DNA of 44,351 bases, the filler included, from Sphacelaria rigidula (Eukaryota): assembly GCA_964200075.2 (NCBI GenBank). It is 2 parts of 2 records of this genome, joined end to end, with 100 filler letters (N's around TTAATTAATTAA, not from the genome) between each part and the next. Parts side by side here need not be neighbours in the genome. Positions count along the whole stretch, not along the records: positions 22,242 to 44,351 come from CAXNAA020000352.1; 1 more part is not named here. One strand, 5' to 3'. Positions 25,313 through 37,300 of the stretch are shown here, piece after piece (the stretch's first letter is position 1; the number at the start of each line of letters is the position of its first letter). The translations under genes and the position numbers were made by a program. The notes under the pieces are model-generated. The model saw only the letters and a program-made list of their open reading frames with translations. It was not told the DNA's origin and did no database searches.

Positions 25313-28300
25313 CTTCAATCGAACCATCAAGATATATTGACAAACAACATCGATCCGTTTAGCGAACATGTCAGATACGCAGGTCAACCAGACGGTAGAT
25401 GTTTTGAATTGAGGAACACACCGCCAGTCAATTGAAACCCTCCAGGATCAGGTTGTTCGAATTCCACGAAACGAGAACTTGTCTTCACTCAGTATTTACT
25501 TGTAACTGACAAAAACGACTTGGGTTTGAAAACAACTGCTGCGAATGAACACATTCTGGGCACCTACGGTTCCACATTTTATGGCTGTGGTACGAGCGGT
25601 TTTGGCGGTGAGGTTCTACAGGTTGAGTATTGCTCCCGTGTTGTTACCTTCATGATGTTCGTTCATATGGGTAGCAAGGGCGTTGCGCAATGAAGGATAG
25701 GCAGGTAGGGACGGGGCAAACAGGCGCGTATTCGGAGGCCATGTCTAAACCTGAGTGCGTGGATTTGTTCAAACGGAATCAACTGGACCAAGTACCAGGA
25801 TACTCGTGATGAGGACGAAGGTTGATAGGTCAATCGACGTGTCTCCCCGTGATATCGGTTCAACGACACAGCTTCCATCGTCAGTGATAAGGCATCGTGG
25901 TTGTCGACTGGATCATGTTCCAACAACGCCCCCTGCGGGTTTTGGAGAGGCGTAGTGATAGCTGAGGGTCATACTCGTGCTGACAGCGCGTCACTGACAC
26001 GGTGCAAACATTGGGGAAAACGTCAGGTATCGAGAAAAACACTCATAACCGGCGGGGAAGAGGGGGGTGTACTTACCGATTTGTTGCTTGCCTCAGTCGT
26101 TTGACTATTGACCACGCATCCCTTTCGAGACGAAGCACCGTTCCTACTCCTTATAGAGAGACATCCGACACTTGGGTGCTCATTACGTTTCTTCTATACA
26201 TTACACAAAACCTTTTACATACCCTATCCCCGTCCTGTTTCGCCGTCTGTGGCCACCATCTATCTACTAGTAGAGCCATCGTTTTCTCCCTACTGTCTAG
26301 TGCATCAAACGATTTCATGCCACCTTCGTTCACGTCCCGCATTTCATCCTCTAGTACGTCCCGGTCCTCCCTGGATAGTTCACTTTCTGCCACTTTATAA
26401 GCTGTACTCTCTGTTGCTGTGCCTCGAGCCCAATTATGTGCATCTACTTCCTCCTCCACTCGACTACTGGCCCATCTCTTCTTTTTGGCAGGTTCAGGTC
26501 CCTCACCCGAAATTGAAGTCTCAACGTTTTCATGGAGCCCATTGGCCCGTGCGGCAATGCTTTCATCCCTAAACCTCTCTCAGCCCCCCGTAGAGCTTCA
26601 GGTGATTTTCCTCGTCTACTTTTCATAATCGGCCGGGGAAAAGAGACCCACCATCTTCGATTGTGGGGTATCAGGCAACGAAACCCCTCAGCATGGACAA
26701 GGGGCATTTTTCTCGCTCCCAAGAGGGAAACTGAGCTGGACATGCCGCAGCACCGGCATTCCCTTGCGGGACAGCTGATCTAGCCCATTTTGGCTTTACA
26801 CGGTCCATAACGGCATCCGTTTGGTCGGTTGATATGCGGTGCATTTTCTCCATCAAGGACACGGCTTGCACGGCCGATCCCGGTGCCATGATTACAATCA
26901 AACCGAGAGCAGAATTTGACGGCACGCAAATGTTTTTTTTCTGGATGATGGTCAACGCCAGGGCTTGTCTCACGGAACAATCGTCCCACGGAATAAACGA
27001 CCTGGCAAGGCGTGTTTTTCAGTCCCGTCCCGCCCCGACATGTTCCTAAATGTTTGTCATTCCCCGTCATTTTCTTTGGCAACGTTAAAACTTCCCGTCT
27101 CGTCCCGTCGTTTTTCCGGGGAATAAGAAAACTTCACGTCCCATCCCGACCCTGCACCGGTTCCCCGCTTCCGCACTATCCTCACGGGACGCTAGTGACT
27201 GTTTGCCGTTATACATCATAGGACATGCCGTTTTGTGCTCACGGGACGTCCCGTCAGTGGGATGGGAAATCTCGTCCAATCTAACGGGACATTGGAGAAA
27301 TCTTGGGGCGTTTTTGTATCTTCGCCAGATGTAAGCCATGCATATTACAAAAAAGAATGGTATCTGTCATGATTGTTGTTTGCTGATGAGTGGAAGCATC
27401 GCTTGCGCGAACGTTCCGATCCCACGGGACGTCCCGTCAGCGTGACGAGAAATCCCGTCCGTTCTCACGTGAATTTGCCAGACATATTGAAGTCTATTTT
27501 TCGGGACCAGTACTAGCTTTCAGCCCGACATCTTCACCAAACAACTCTTGTGTGTTCCTCTTTGATCTTGATTTTGTTCCTTTTCTCGTGCTTGTTTCAG
27601 CGGATATTTCCGTTCATTTCCGTCGAGCACTTTTATGTTGTGACCGCTCCTGAATTCGTAAAGGGTCTCCACGAGTTCTCACTCAATCAAACCAATCGGA
27701 AACTGAAACCCACGCTCGGGTGGATTGTCGATCTGTTTCGGCCTTGTACCCGACACATCTACGACCAACAAAAAATCATGCACACATGCATCTTCCGGTC
27801 GTTCAAAGAAATACACTCACTCATCACGCTGTAGACCACCCCCAGGTGACGAGCTCTGGGCGTCCGAAATTGACCACTCGGGGGTGGTAAAGTATACAGT
27901 GAGGGCTGATGTACAACGTACTCCGATATGGCAGTGTAAATGCCATCATGGTGTCATGATATCCGACAGCGAATCATTCGAGGCGTTTTCGTGGGGCGGG
28001 TAGTAAGAGGATGGTACGCAACTACGGCTGAGGGATACTGTGCTCCACGATACACCATGGCAGACACTACAAATGTCATCTGTGGCGCATCTCCAAACTG
28101 TGAAATACGGCATGGCGCCGCGGGATGTGTGAATTTGTTTGCGTGGAGTGGCCATGAGCCTGAGTTAACCCTCTGTTCGGACATTACGTGCCGTGCCACC
28201 GCAAACATATTATGCTGCAGCAAGCCATAATCCACATTCTCCAGTGCCGTGCCGTTCAAGGTGCACGATGTGAACTACAAGTAAGAAAAGGATACATCCA

Positions 28301-31300
28301 GAGTTTCTTGTTGGCTTATAAATGTGAACGCTCCTGGGTAGAAGGATTTTATTGTGCTGTGTTTCCGGTGACCCCTTTTTCGATGGTATCCCAAGTTATA
28401 CAGTACACCATGTGCAGAAACGAAACGCAAATGACCACATGCACACGAAACATTCAATTGATTGCTACCCGGCATATGCTATGCATCTGTACGTGATGTT
28501 CGATGCCCTGAAACGACACGCCGCACACTACCCCCCAGTGTAACAGAAACAAAACCTCCCACGAGTCAGTCAAGGATCCTTGGCCACCTTTTCACTTCAG
28601 GGGGTCTTCGCTTTCGGTTAAACACTCCTTGTTATCAAGGTCGGCTCTACATGTATCTTAGTTTTTCTCCTCTCTTCCTCTCGTTCCATTTTTATTTTTT
28701 TTAGGTTTGGTCTCTCTGTCTGTCTCTGTCTGTCTCGACTTTCAGTTTACTCCGTTTGCTCCGATATTTCCTCATCTTTTTAAATTTTCAAGTTTCCGTT
28801 GCGGCCATTCCCGTTTTGTTCACCATCGGTACGTTTATTTTGTGACCGCGGTTCGCTTCCTCGGGGATCGATGAACTTGCGACAAATCAATCCAACAATT
28901 GATCAAATACCTGCTCGGGTGGAATATCCAGGGTTGTTAGGAGGGCCTCTATCCCGACAGCCTTGGACGTGCCCGGAGGCAAGATCTCAATCATCTCCGG
29001 TAAGCCCCGCGTTATCGCAGCTGGGTAGCCTCGAAGGTGCTCCTCCAAATCGTTCCTGAAAGCATCCACGCTCTCCCTGCAAAACGTGGAACCGGCCGTA
29101 GTGTTGCAAAAAGAGAAGCGTCAAGATAAATGGAGCCAGAAAATGTCATCTTGTCCGATGAAACATGTGAGGTTTTCGGGAAACAAGAGACAACAATATC
29201 TCAGGTCGCTCCCTATGGGCAGACAAAAATGAATATCTGGATAAAATACCTTTTGGGGCTTCTACATCGTTTTACTCCCTGAAAGAGAGCTTGGCGGATT
29301 TAGACACCTTGGAATGCCTCGCTGCACTCGTTCAGGGAGTAAAACGATGTAGAAGCCCCAAAAGGTATTTTATTCAGATATTCATTTTTGTATGCCCATA
29401 GGGAGCGACCTGAGATATTGTTGCACTCGTTCAGACGGTTCCAGCACACCTGTGCGTTTTCCCGGTGGCTGTAGTTTCGTTTTTGCCCAAACTTACATTT
29501 TTCTCGGCGACCGCTCATTTTTCTCGGAGACCGGTCAAGAACAGAAACATTTCCGATATTTGTCTGGACTTGACCGGTCTCCGAGAAAAATGCAAGTTTG
29601 ACAAAAAAGAAACTGCGACCACCGGAAAAACGCACAGGCGTGCTGGAACCGTCTCAACGAGTACAGCAAGGCATTCCGAGGTGTCAAGATCCCACTAGGT
29701 TACTCTTAGGGCGTAAAACGACGTGGAAGCGCCAACGAGACATTCTTCTAGATTTTCATTCTCATCTACTATAAGGAGCGGCCTCGAAGGGAAAAAGAAA
29801 ACTCAACAAAAAAAACAAAAATAGGTCACCAAAACGTAGATCGCACTACAGTATACTCGTGATTGAAGGGCGCATAGTCCGTATCGTTTGAAGTCTGACG
29901 GGCGCTAATGAGAATACACTGAGGTCCGAACTACGGTACACTCTTGGAAACACTTCAACGAAAAGTCGACAAAAAGAACAACGAGAGAACTGGCTCACGA
30001 AACACACTCCAACATATGGACGGCCGTTGATTTCTTCACACAGAAAAACGTCCACCAAGACGACCAAAAACCGATCATCGCACTCCCCGCGACATACGGA
30101 ACACTGCAGCTTTGCCTTCTGTTTATTGCAATGCCGGACTGTGGTGCGCCACTAGCGGTGGGCGAAACCAGAGCACTTGAAACTGGGAAGCGTTCAAAGG
30201 AGTGAAAATCTCCGACACACGATCCCGCCGCTTCCTGTGGGATGGTTTCATACATGTGTCGCGTATTTGAAAATGGTACGCCCCACCGACAGTGGCACAG
30301 GCTAAGCGCAACCCGCAGCCCGTTCGCAAGGCGAGAAAACGCCCTGAAAACGGGTCAGAGGATTTGATTCATAGGTATTGTCGCTAACTGCAGCAAAAGT
30401 AACATCCCCTCCCCGCAACGCCACAACGTGCCCCATAATTTCGGAACAGTTTTCATTCGTTTCACCTTTCACGCCAGTTCGAAGAGTTCACAAAACATAT
30501 AGTTACACGCGTGTTTCGGAGTGGTGCCCAAGGTTGCCCGTCTCTACGAGATGCGACGTTCGCTCGGGTTTACCATTTTCTTCTGTTCTCCGGCCATGAC
30601 ACACCCTCACATTCTCACAACATTGTTATTATTTCGCTCCATCATGGAAGACCGGTTCACCGTTCAAGAACCCGTGGCCTGCTGCGAATCCTGACAGTCC
30701 CGTGGAGGATGCCGCTTTCGTACCAGAGGAAAACCTAGCAGGGCATCCGGGCGCTAAAATGATTTCGCCTACTTCTATTTTTTGAGAAAAAGAATTGTGG
30801 CAGGCTCAAGATGGCTGAGCAGCAACAGTGGACTTTTGTTGCTGTCTGGCTTGTGTTACGCAACGGCTTGTGCGAGTACGATGGCTGCGTCCTTTGAGGT
30901 TCCTGCTAGTGTTGCCGTTGATACTTACTGTAGCACCGGCGATAAATACGCGATTGCAGAGCAGATATCAGTGGTATGTTAGCATCACCAGGAGAGGGCA
31001 TGAGCTATGTGCGCGGCAATGGCTCAGCGGGCGAAGGTGTTATATCTCCCACCAGAACAACGACCTTGAGCCCTCTGCAAGCAAATAAAAGAAGCGATCT
31101 GCAAGCTCATAGGCGCTCAAGGAATTGACCCTTTCGGTGCCCAAGCGCCATTAGGCAATTTTTTTCTCATTTGCCGGGGGCTTAGAATAGGTGTTTTCGG
31201 TGGACAAGAGAACGCCACATGGATCAAGCCGTTACCACGCATGTGCTTTGCGTCCGAGATATTCGAGCATGAGTCGCCGCCGACGGTATTGCCTCCTCAT

Positions 31301-34300
31301 CATCAAAATGGCGAAATAACAGGTAAGAATAGTAGCCATGATGGTGCTTACAGCAGTACATACATGCGGTCAAAACGAAGAGCTATTGCTGATTGCGTGG
31401 CGGGACGTATTTGGTGCGGATCCATGTGCTGTACGTAGCGCGCACGGTTGTGGTGAGGTGTTATCGTGATATTCTGCCCAAAGGTTTGGGGAATTTCTTT
31501 CCCCATCTTCCACAGCCAACTGAGCAGGACGAGCACAAGTTGATACCCGCACAAGCACCGCGCATGGAACCGCGGTGGTTAGTATTACCCCGCCACCACA
31601 TCCAGCTGACCGAACGAGAGCTTATGCCGTTGAGAGCTGGGTACGGGAGGGCGACTTCGGCCGCCCTTCGCGTTTCGAACACACAGGCGAGGCAATGCCT
31701 CACAGTCCTACCCGCTCAACAGTGTAACGCTGCTGCAATCCTATTGATCAAACGATGAAACTCGCAAAACTGTTCCAGCGCCCACCCGATTCTCCAGCGG
31801 CCGTCTACGCCTACAACCGTGGCCATATTCTAAAACGTGGCAGGATTGTCGGTTTCCGGCTTTCTGGGACCGGGAGGTCGCGGTCCAAGAGGTTGAAGGA
31901 GTTTCGAGACGAATTTTGAAACGCATGATCCTGAAACTCAGTCCGAGGCTGCTTGTATGTGTGAAATATTATGTTCTCTCGGTTTTGCCCGGTTTGTTGG
32001 GATGATCGACCGGCCGCCTTGGAGTTCCCGGGGAGTCCCCGGTCCTCGGAGGCGTCTCTGTAAACGAGTTGCGAAAGAGATCGACCTCAGGCTTCCCTTC
32101 AGGAATACGTATCAATTCCTCTTCCCAACCCATGGAAACAGCGTGGAGAATGGCTGCCGACTACCAGCCTGCGTCAACCCGTTGACCAGACCGTACCGTA
32201 CAAGGAAGTCGTCCAGCAGGTCTGGAGTTTCTTGTCGTAATCAGACTTTCACGGATCGTATCTGAAACTCTGACCTATCCAGGACTTGCGCGTCATGGGA
32301 GAGGAGGCAACCCGAAGATGACCCGCGAATACATTTACCAAGGAGCACGATAGCGTCAAATCCGGGAGGAAGAGCAGTGTTAACGTGCTCGGTAGGGTGT
32401 GAAATACATCCGCAAGCGTAGTCCGCCGTGCCTCGGTGGTCGCACTGGTACACCATCGTCCATTTCGGGCGAATCTTTGGGTTCGACATTCGGCGGCATA
32501 ATGGTGCATCTATTTTGTCTTCGCGGTGGAAGGCATGAGAACATGACGTATTAACGATGAAAAAAAACAAATGGACGTACTGCGGGAGTATTGATATCCA
32601 TCATCCAATACTCAGAGTAGTGAGTGCTGGAGGTACCGTGAAAATCTAGAGTACGTGAATTTCGAACTTCATTCCAAGCATCACTGAAAAAGATGGACAA
32701 TTATCGAGAGGCTACAGTGGTTCCTACCGAGAAGCTCCCCAGAAGTAAAGCCGATTGAGCTCCATCCCGCCGGCAATCGCACTTTCGAAGCAACTGACCT
32801 GATCAATAAGAGGGCACAGGTTTACAAATCGAAATAGACCACGAAACCAAAACAAAAGGGCGATGGGAATCGTTCGTGAAACTACATCCGGGCGCCGATG
32901 TCAAAGCTAAGATCGTTGCTGCGGTAGAGGTAGAATACAGTACTACGTCCCAGACCTGGACACACTGTAAGCAAACTCTCTCTCTCCCTGACACACACAC
33001 ACAACGAGCGATCGCAACCGTGAAATTACCCTCTTGTTCTATACGCAAAAGTCGTAATCCTGAAATCTGCCATACTCGAACACTTGCAAAGGACGAAACC
33101 CGAGCTCTGTTGGGCCCACTTGAACCATGTCAAATCAGATTAATCCATCCGCGGCGACAGTAGGAGAAACAAATACGCCGATGGAAGAACGAAGGCGAGG
33201 AAGAAATAGTCAACGAGACGAAAAGGGCGGGGAAGAAGTATGCCCAGCGCTTTGTTCTCAACTTTTCTTCACTGTAATTAGTGTGCCGTCACGACACTGT
33301 TCTCTCTCCATATTCGTATCCGCACCTACGACGGTAAGCGGTGGCACAGATGGAATATTCACCTGTACAACACACTACAAGTATCTAGGGTCTCCTATCC
33401 AAGACAGCTCATGCGGACAATGCAAAGGAATGTATACCCCACGAGGCGGCTGCTGCGCTAAGCGCACCGATATAGTGAAGAAAAGTAAGTACGCAGTGCA
33501 TTTAAGCCGGATTACTTGGCCGTTTGGATCTCGGCTGTACCAAGCGCGTCATTTTCGTTATTGGGTGTTGGCCTGCGATTACTTGGGCGCGGCCACGAGG
33601 ACAAAACGACCACCACTGTGACGCGTGTACACCGTTCCCGGAAATAGACGAGAAGAGGTACCCGACTGTAAAGCATAATGGAAAAAGTGGAGAAACGGAC
33701 ACACAAAAAAGTAGTGTTTCCAAACGAAAGTGAAGAAGAGGGGGTTACTTCTCCACGTTCGTCGCCAAAAAGAGGTGCACCATGATATCAAGCGCGTACC
33801 TATCTTCGTCATTATTAACGTGGTACTCAAAGCGGGATCATTTCTTCGATATAAACGGTGAACCGAAGGGTGTTTTCAGGGGAGCACACGTAGCGTGAAG
33901 AAGCCTGGCATGTAGCTTTTTGAGCTGACATTCTGAACCTCTCGTTCAATCCATGAAACCCTTTCGCTGAATTCATGTCTTTCTTTGGGTAAAATTCATG
34001 GGGTTGTATCCCTTCTTGTCTGTTTCCCTCAAACAATGATGGGGACAGTGGGGGAGGGGGGGGGGTCCTCCGGCTCTATCGACAGCAAAGGAGTCGTGGA
34101 CATTTGCGCTCAAGCGGCCAAAGGTAATCGGTGGGCATCATCTCCTTCAACGGTACAGCCGACACTGTTAGGTTGGAAAAAAAAACGGGTTAGATTCCCC
34201 GCTGATTCATTTCTTTTTCCTCCTTCTGAGAAGTTCAATATCTGATTCACGTCGTTGAAAACGTGAGAACATGAGCAGCAACAAGAAAAATAGTTGTCAC

Positions 34301-37300
34301 GAGTCGACGCAGTGCAGGAGTGCTGATAGTCATAATCCAATCGGCGATACCAAAACGTAAGGAGGCGTGTACCGGGGGCGATACGGGGTAGAGCCCTCGA
34401 GACCATTAGACCATCAGACGACGGACTCGTCCCGAGGAAGGGAGGGGTTGGAAGTAGGCCAAAAACAAATGTACATACATGTATATCATCCATATTTTTT
34501 CACGGAAACACACACAGAAAGCACAAAAGTCTTCCCTTGTAGCGTCTCGTTCGAAACAAGAGCTGCATTAGATGAAAACTGCAACTCGGTAGTAGCTTGT
34601 CCCTCACCTCTTTAGGTCGTGGCTCCTTGCAATTTTCATACCTGGGTTGGCGGATTCGAGGGCACGATTAGGGCTGGGTTAAGGGCAATCGCTATTGGGG
34701 GCCGCATCATCATGTGGTCTCCCATCGTATGCGGTTCTCCGTAACAGTGCGGTCAAGATCGCTCGTCGCAAGTCCGATTCGCTGTGGAAATTTCATGTAC
34801 TTGTAATATATTAACGTAAACGTCGTGGGCTAACCTACTGCAGCATCGCTGATCCCTTGCTGTACGACGATGACCCAACGGGGGTCAGCAAAGCATGGAG
34901 AGTTAATACTCAAGACTTGTGCGGTGTGGTGGTGCTCGCACTACTAGCTCTAGCCTAAACGGTCAGCCCCCCCCTTACATCCGTGTTCGCTCGTCCAAAG
35001 CCTCAACCACGACCACCTCCCCGTCGCTGCCGCAAAGAGACACGCCTGCGGCTGCGGCTAGTGGGTGCGTCTTCCAAAACTCCACTACACGCATTGCCAG
35101 CCTGGAGGGAAGGGTGGCGCTGTATATGAGGTTCCCGCGTTGGCCCGCCGCGCCTTGTCCAAAAACCTGCCCGTGCAGCCCGAACAGAGGAAAGCAATAG
35201 CGATGGGGGTACGCAAGCTGAAATGGACACGCACGAGCACACACACAGAGGCAAACTACACGCGATAAACCAACCAAATACAGGAAGAGGAAAAGGAAAG
35301 TCAGCGGCGCGATGCACGATAGAACTGCCTCGGTGAGAGTGGCGCGTGAGTGCTTCATTCGTGAAGCCTTTACGCCTTGCGGTACACTACCCCCCTCAGG
35401 TGGAGACCCTAGTTGAACCACTGCACAGTATGCAGAAGGTCGGGTGTTTGTTGCCAGATCGGTTACCTTGGGGCATCGGAGAAAAATGTCTTCCCGTGAA
35501 TAAAGTAATATAGTGTGATGCCCCTATTGCTTCGTTCTTTATGCTCGTTGTAGTGGCAGGCGTGACGGAAACATAGCGCACGGTACGCATGTGCATTTGG
35601 ACGCCGCTGCAGCCTTGCTAGTGACGGCTGAGGTGTTGTCAGAGAGGTACCTCCATGCTTGTGCCAATCGGGTTGCCCCTGTGCTTCTAGCACTGGCACG
35701 GTCTTTGCTGTCAACACAACAGTTTTTGCGATCCAGCCGTCCGAGACAATCGACCAATTCGGGCCGCCACAAGTCATACGGGCAGCCACGGGCAGTGAGT
35801 GTGCTATGGCCGTATTGCAATGTACCACCTGCAAGCCGCTACAATACAGCCTCCGATGCCAGACATGTATGCACGGTTGCACAGCAGCACCCGCTTGCGA
35901 TCTAAAGAGGTCGTATGCTCTTGGACACCAACCCGTGGCTGCACTGGCACAGGCTGACAGCCGGGAATATACAAAATTAGATGTCCATGGTTTTGCTCTA
36001 TATCCGGCTTAACAGCAAGGGTCCATCTGAGCCCACTCCGGGTTCATCTTAGTGTTAACCGTTTGGGTTTCCCTCGTTTTCTTCAGTTCACTTATTCTCG
36101 AGTTTCCTCTAGCAACTATTTCAAGGCATTTACCTCGCTTACGTCTCCCTTGTGAACACGGCTGGTTTTGTAGCGGAATCAGTTGATGAGCGAGAGCGAT
36201 GCTACCGTTTGCATGTTCCGTCGTGATATCCCCAGCACATTGGACTAGTAATCCTGGCGTACTCTCACATATTTTCATGAGTCATGTTTGGGATGAGATC
36301 AAGGACCCCTAAATTTTTTAACCTCAGAACAATGTTGCGCACCCCTACCGTAGCATCACTCGCGACAACACATGAATCGCCCCAACAGCCCGAGGAACAT
36401 CCGCACACAAATATTCCTCGATACTGAATCAACGGGAAAATCGTAACAAGGCAATGCTTGGCGTTCAAAGTGCTAAATCTTACACGCAGCAACGATGTGG
36501 AAGCCCAGGGTCGAACGTGACGGACTCGTGCCGCTTTCAGTCCGACTATGGTTATTCATGGACACGAGCAGCGAACCAGCGTCGGTACTTCCGTACCGTG
36601 AGGCCGTTCATGGACACGAAGGGCGAACCGTCTCTCCGTAGATCCTCCCCCAGTTCTCCCATCGCCGAAAACATGCCGCTAGAGCTACGTCCGCTCGCCG
36701 GGATGAATAGCACGCCTTTCGCCCTTTGTTGTCCCAAGAAAGGAGAAAATGCATGCAAAACACGCAGCACCAGGAAAAAAAAATGTTTGCGTTGAAGTAT
36801 GAACTCGGTAGTACTGTTGGTATAGAGAGTGGGTCATTTGTCGCCCCCCAAGCGTCGCGAAGACCAGGAGCGAAATGTACATTTTCCGGACGTGCCTTGG
36901 CCAATTACTGGTGCCTATAATGAACCTTTGGAGCACCAACCCTCAATTCAGTACAATTTCCCGGCTGACAGTCCCGCGGAACAATTCCTTCTTGAGGGGA
37001 TGTCATTTGGAGTGTTTGCTGATGTCGGCATTATGATGATACGTGAATATCAGAGATCGACTCTTTACTCGCCATCAGATTGAGGTAAGATGAACTTGAC
37101 GCGGTCAGCTGTAAAATGAACCTGAGGTGCTCAGCCGTAAAATGGAGCAAAACATCGAGGATGTATGTCCAACGTCATAGTTGTCTAGCATCTTCTGCGT
37201 AACCTCGGGCTTTGTGCGATGGCGCATGATGACTGGGTACATCCTGACTACATGCTGCGTATTTCGTCGTGTCCCCAACCCTTGACCCATGGAATACAGC

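Noticed and set aside
27800..28500. Cys-rich frames suggestive of a CxC-type transposon relic
   Set aside because: Too fragmented to support without a profile search.
32241..32570. Harbinger-like words CDHRG and HDAQVL in a minus-strand ORF
   Set aside because: Spacing does not fit a PIF/Harbinger transposase and other catalytic motifs are absent.
33583..33665. Alternative phase 0/2 HAD exon (SGTSSRLF...FVLVAAPK)
   Set aside because: 32728-32798 fits the Cof cap pattern better; only RNA-seq can exclude this candidate.
34665..34690. Telomere-like TTAGGG motif
   Set aside because: Only one perfect unit; not an array.
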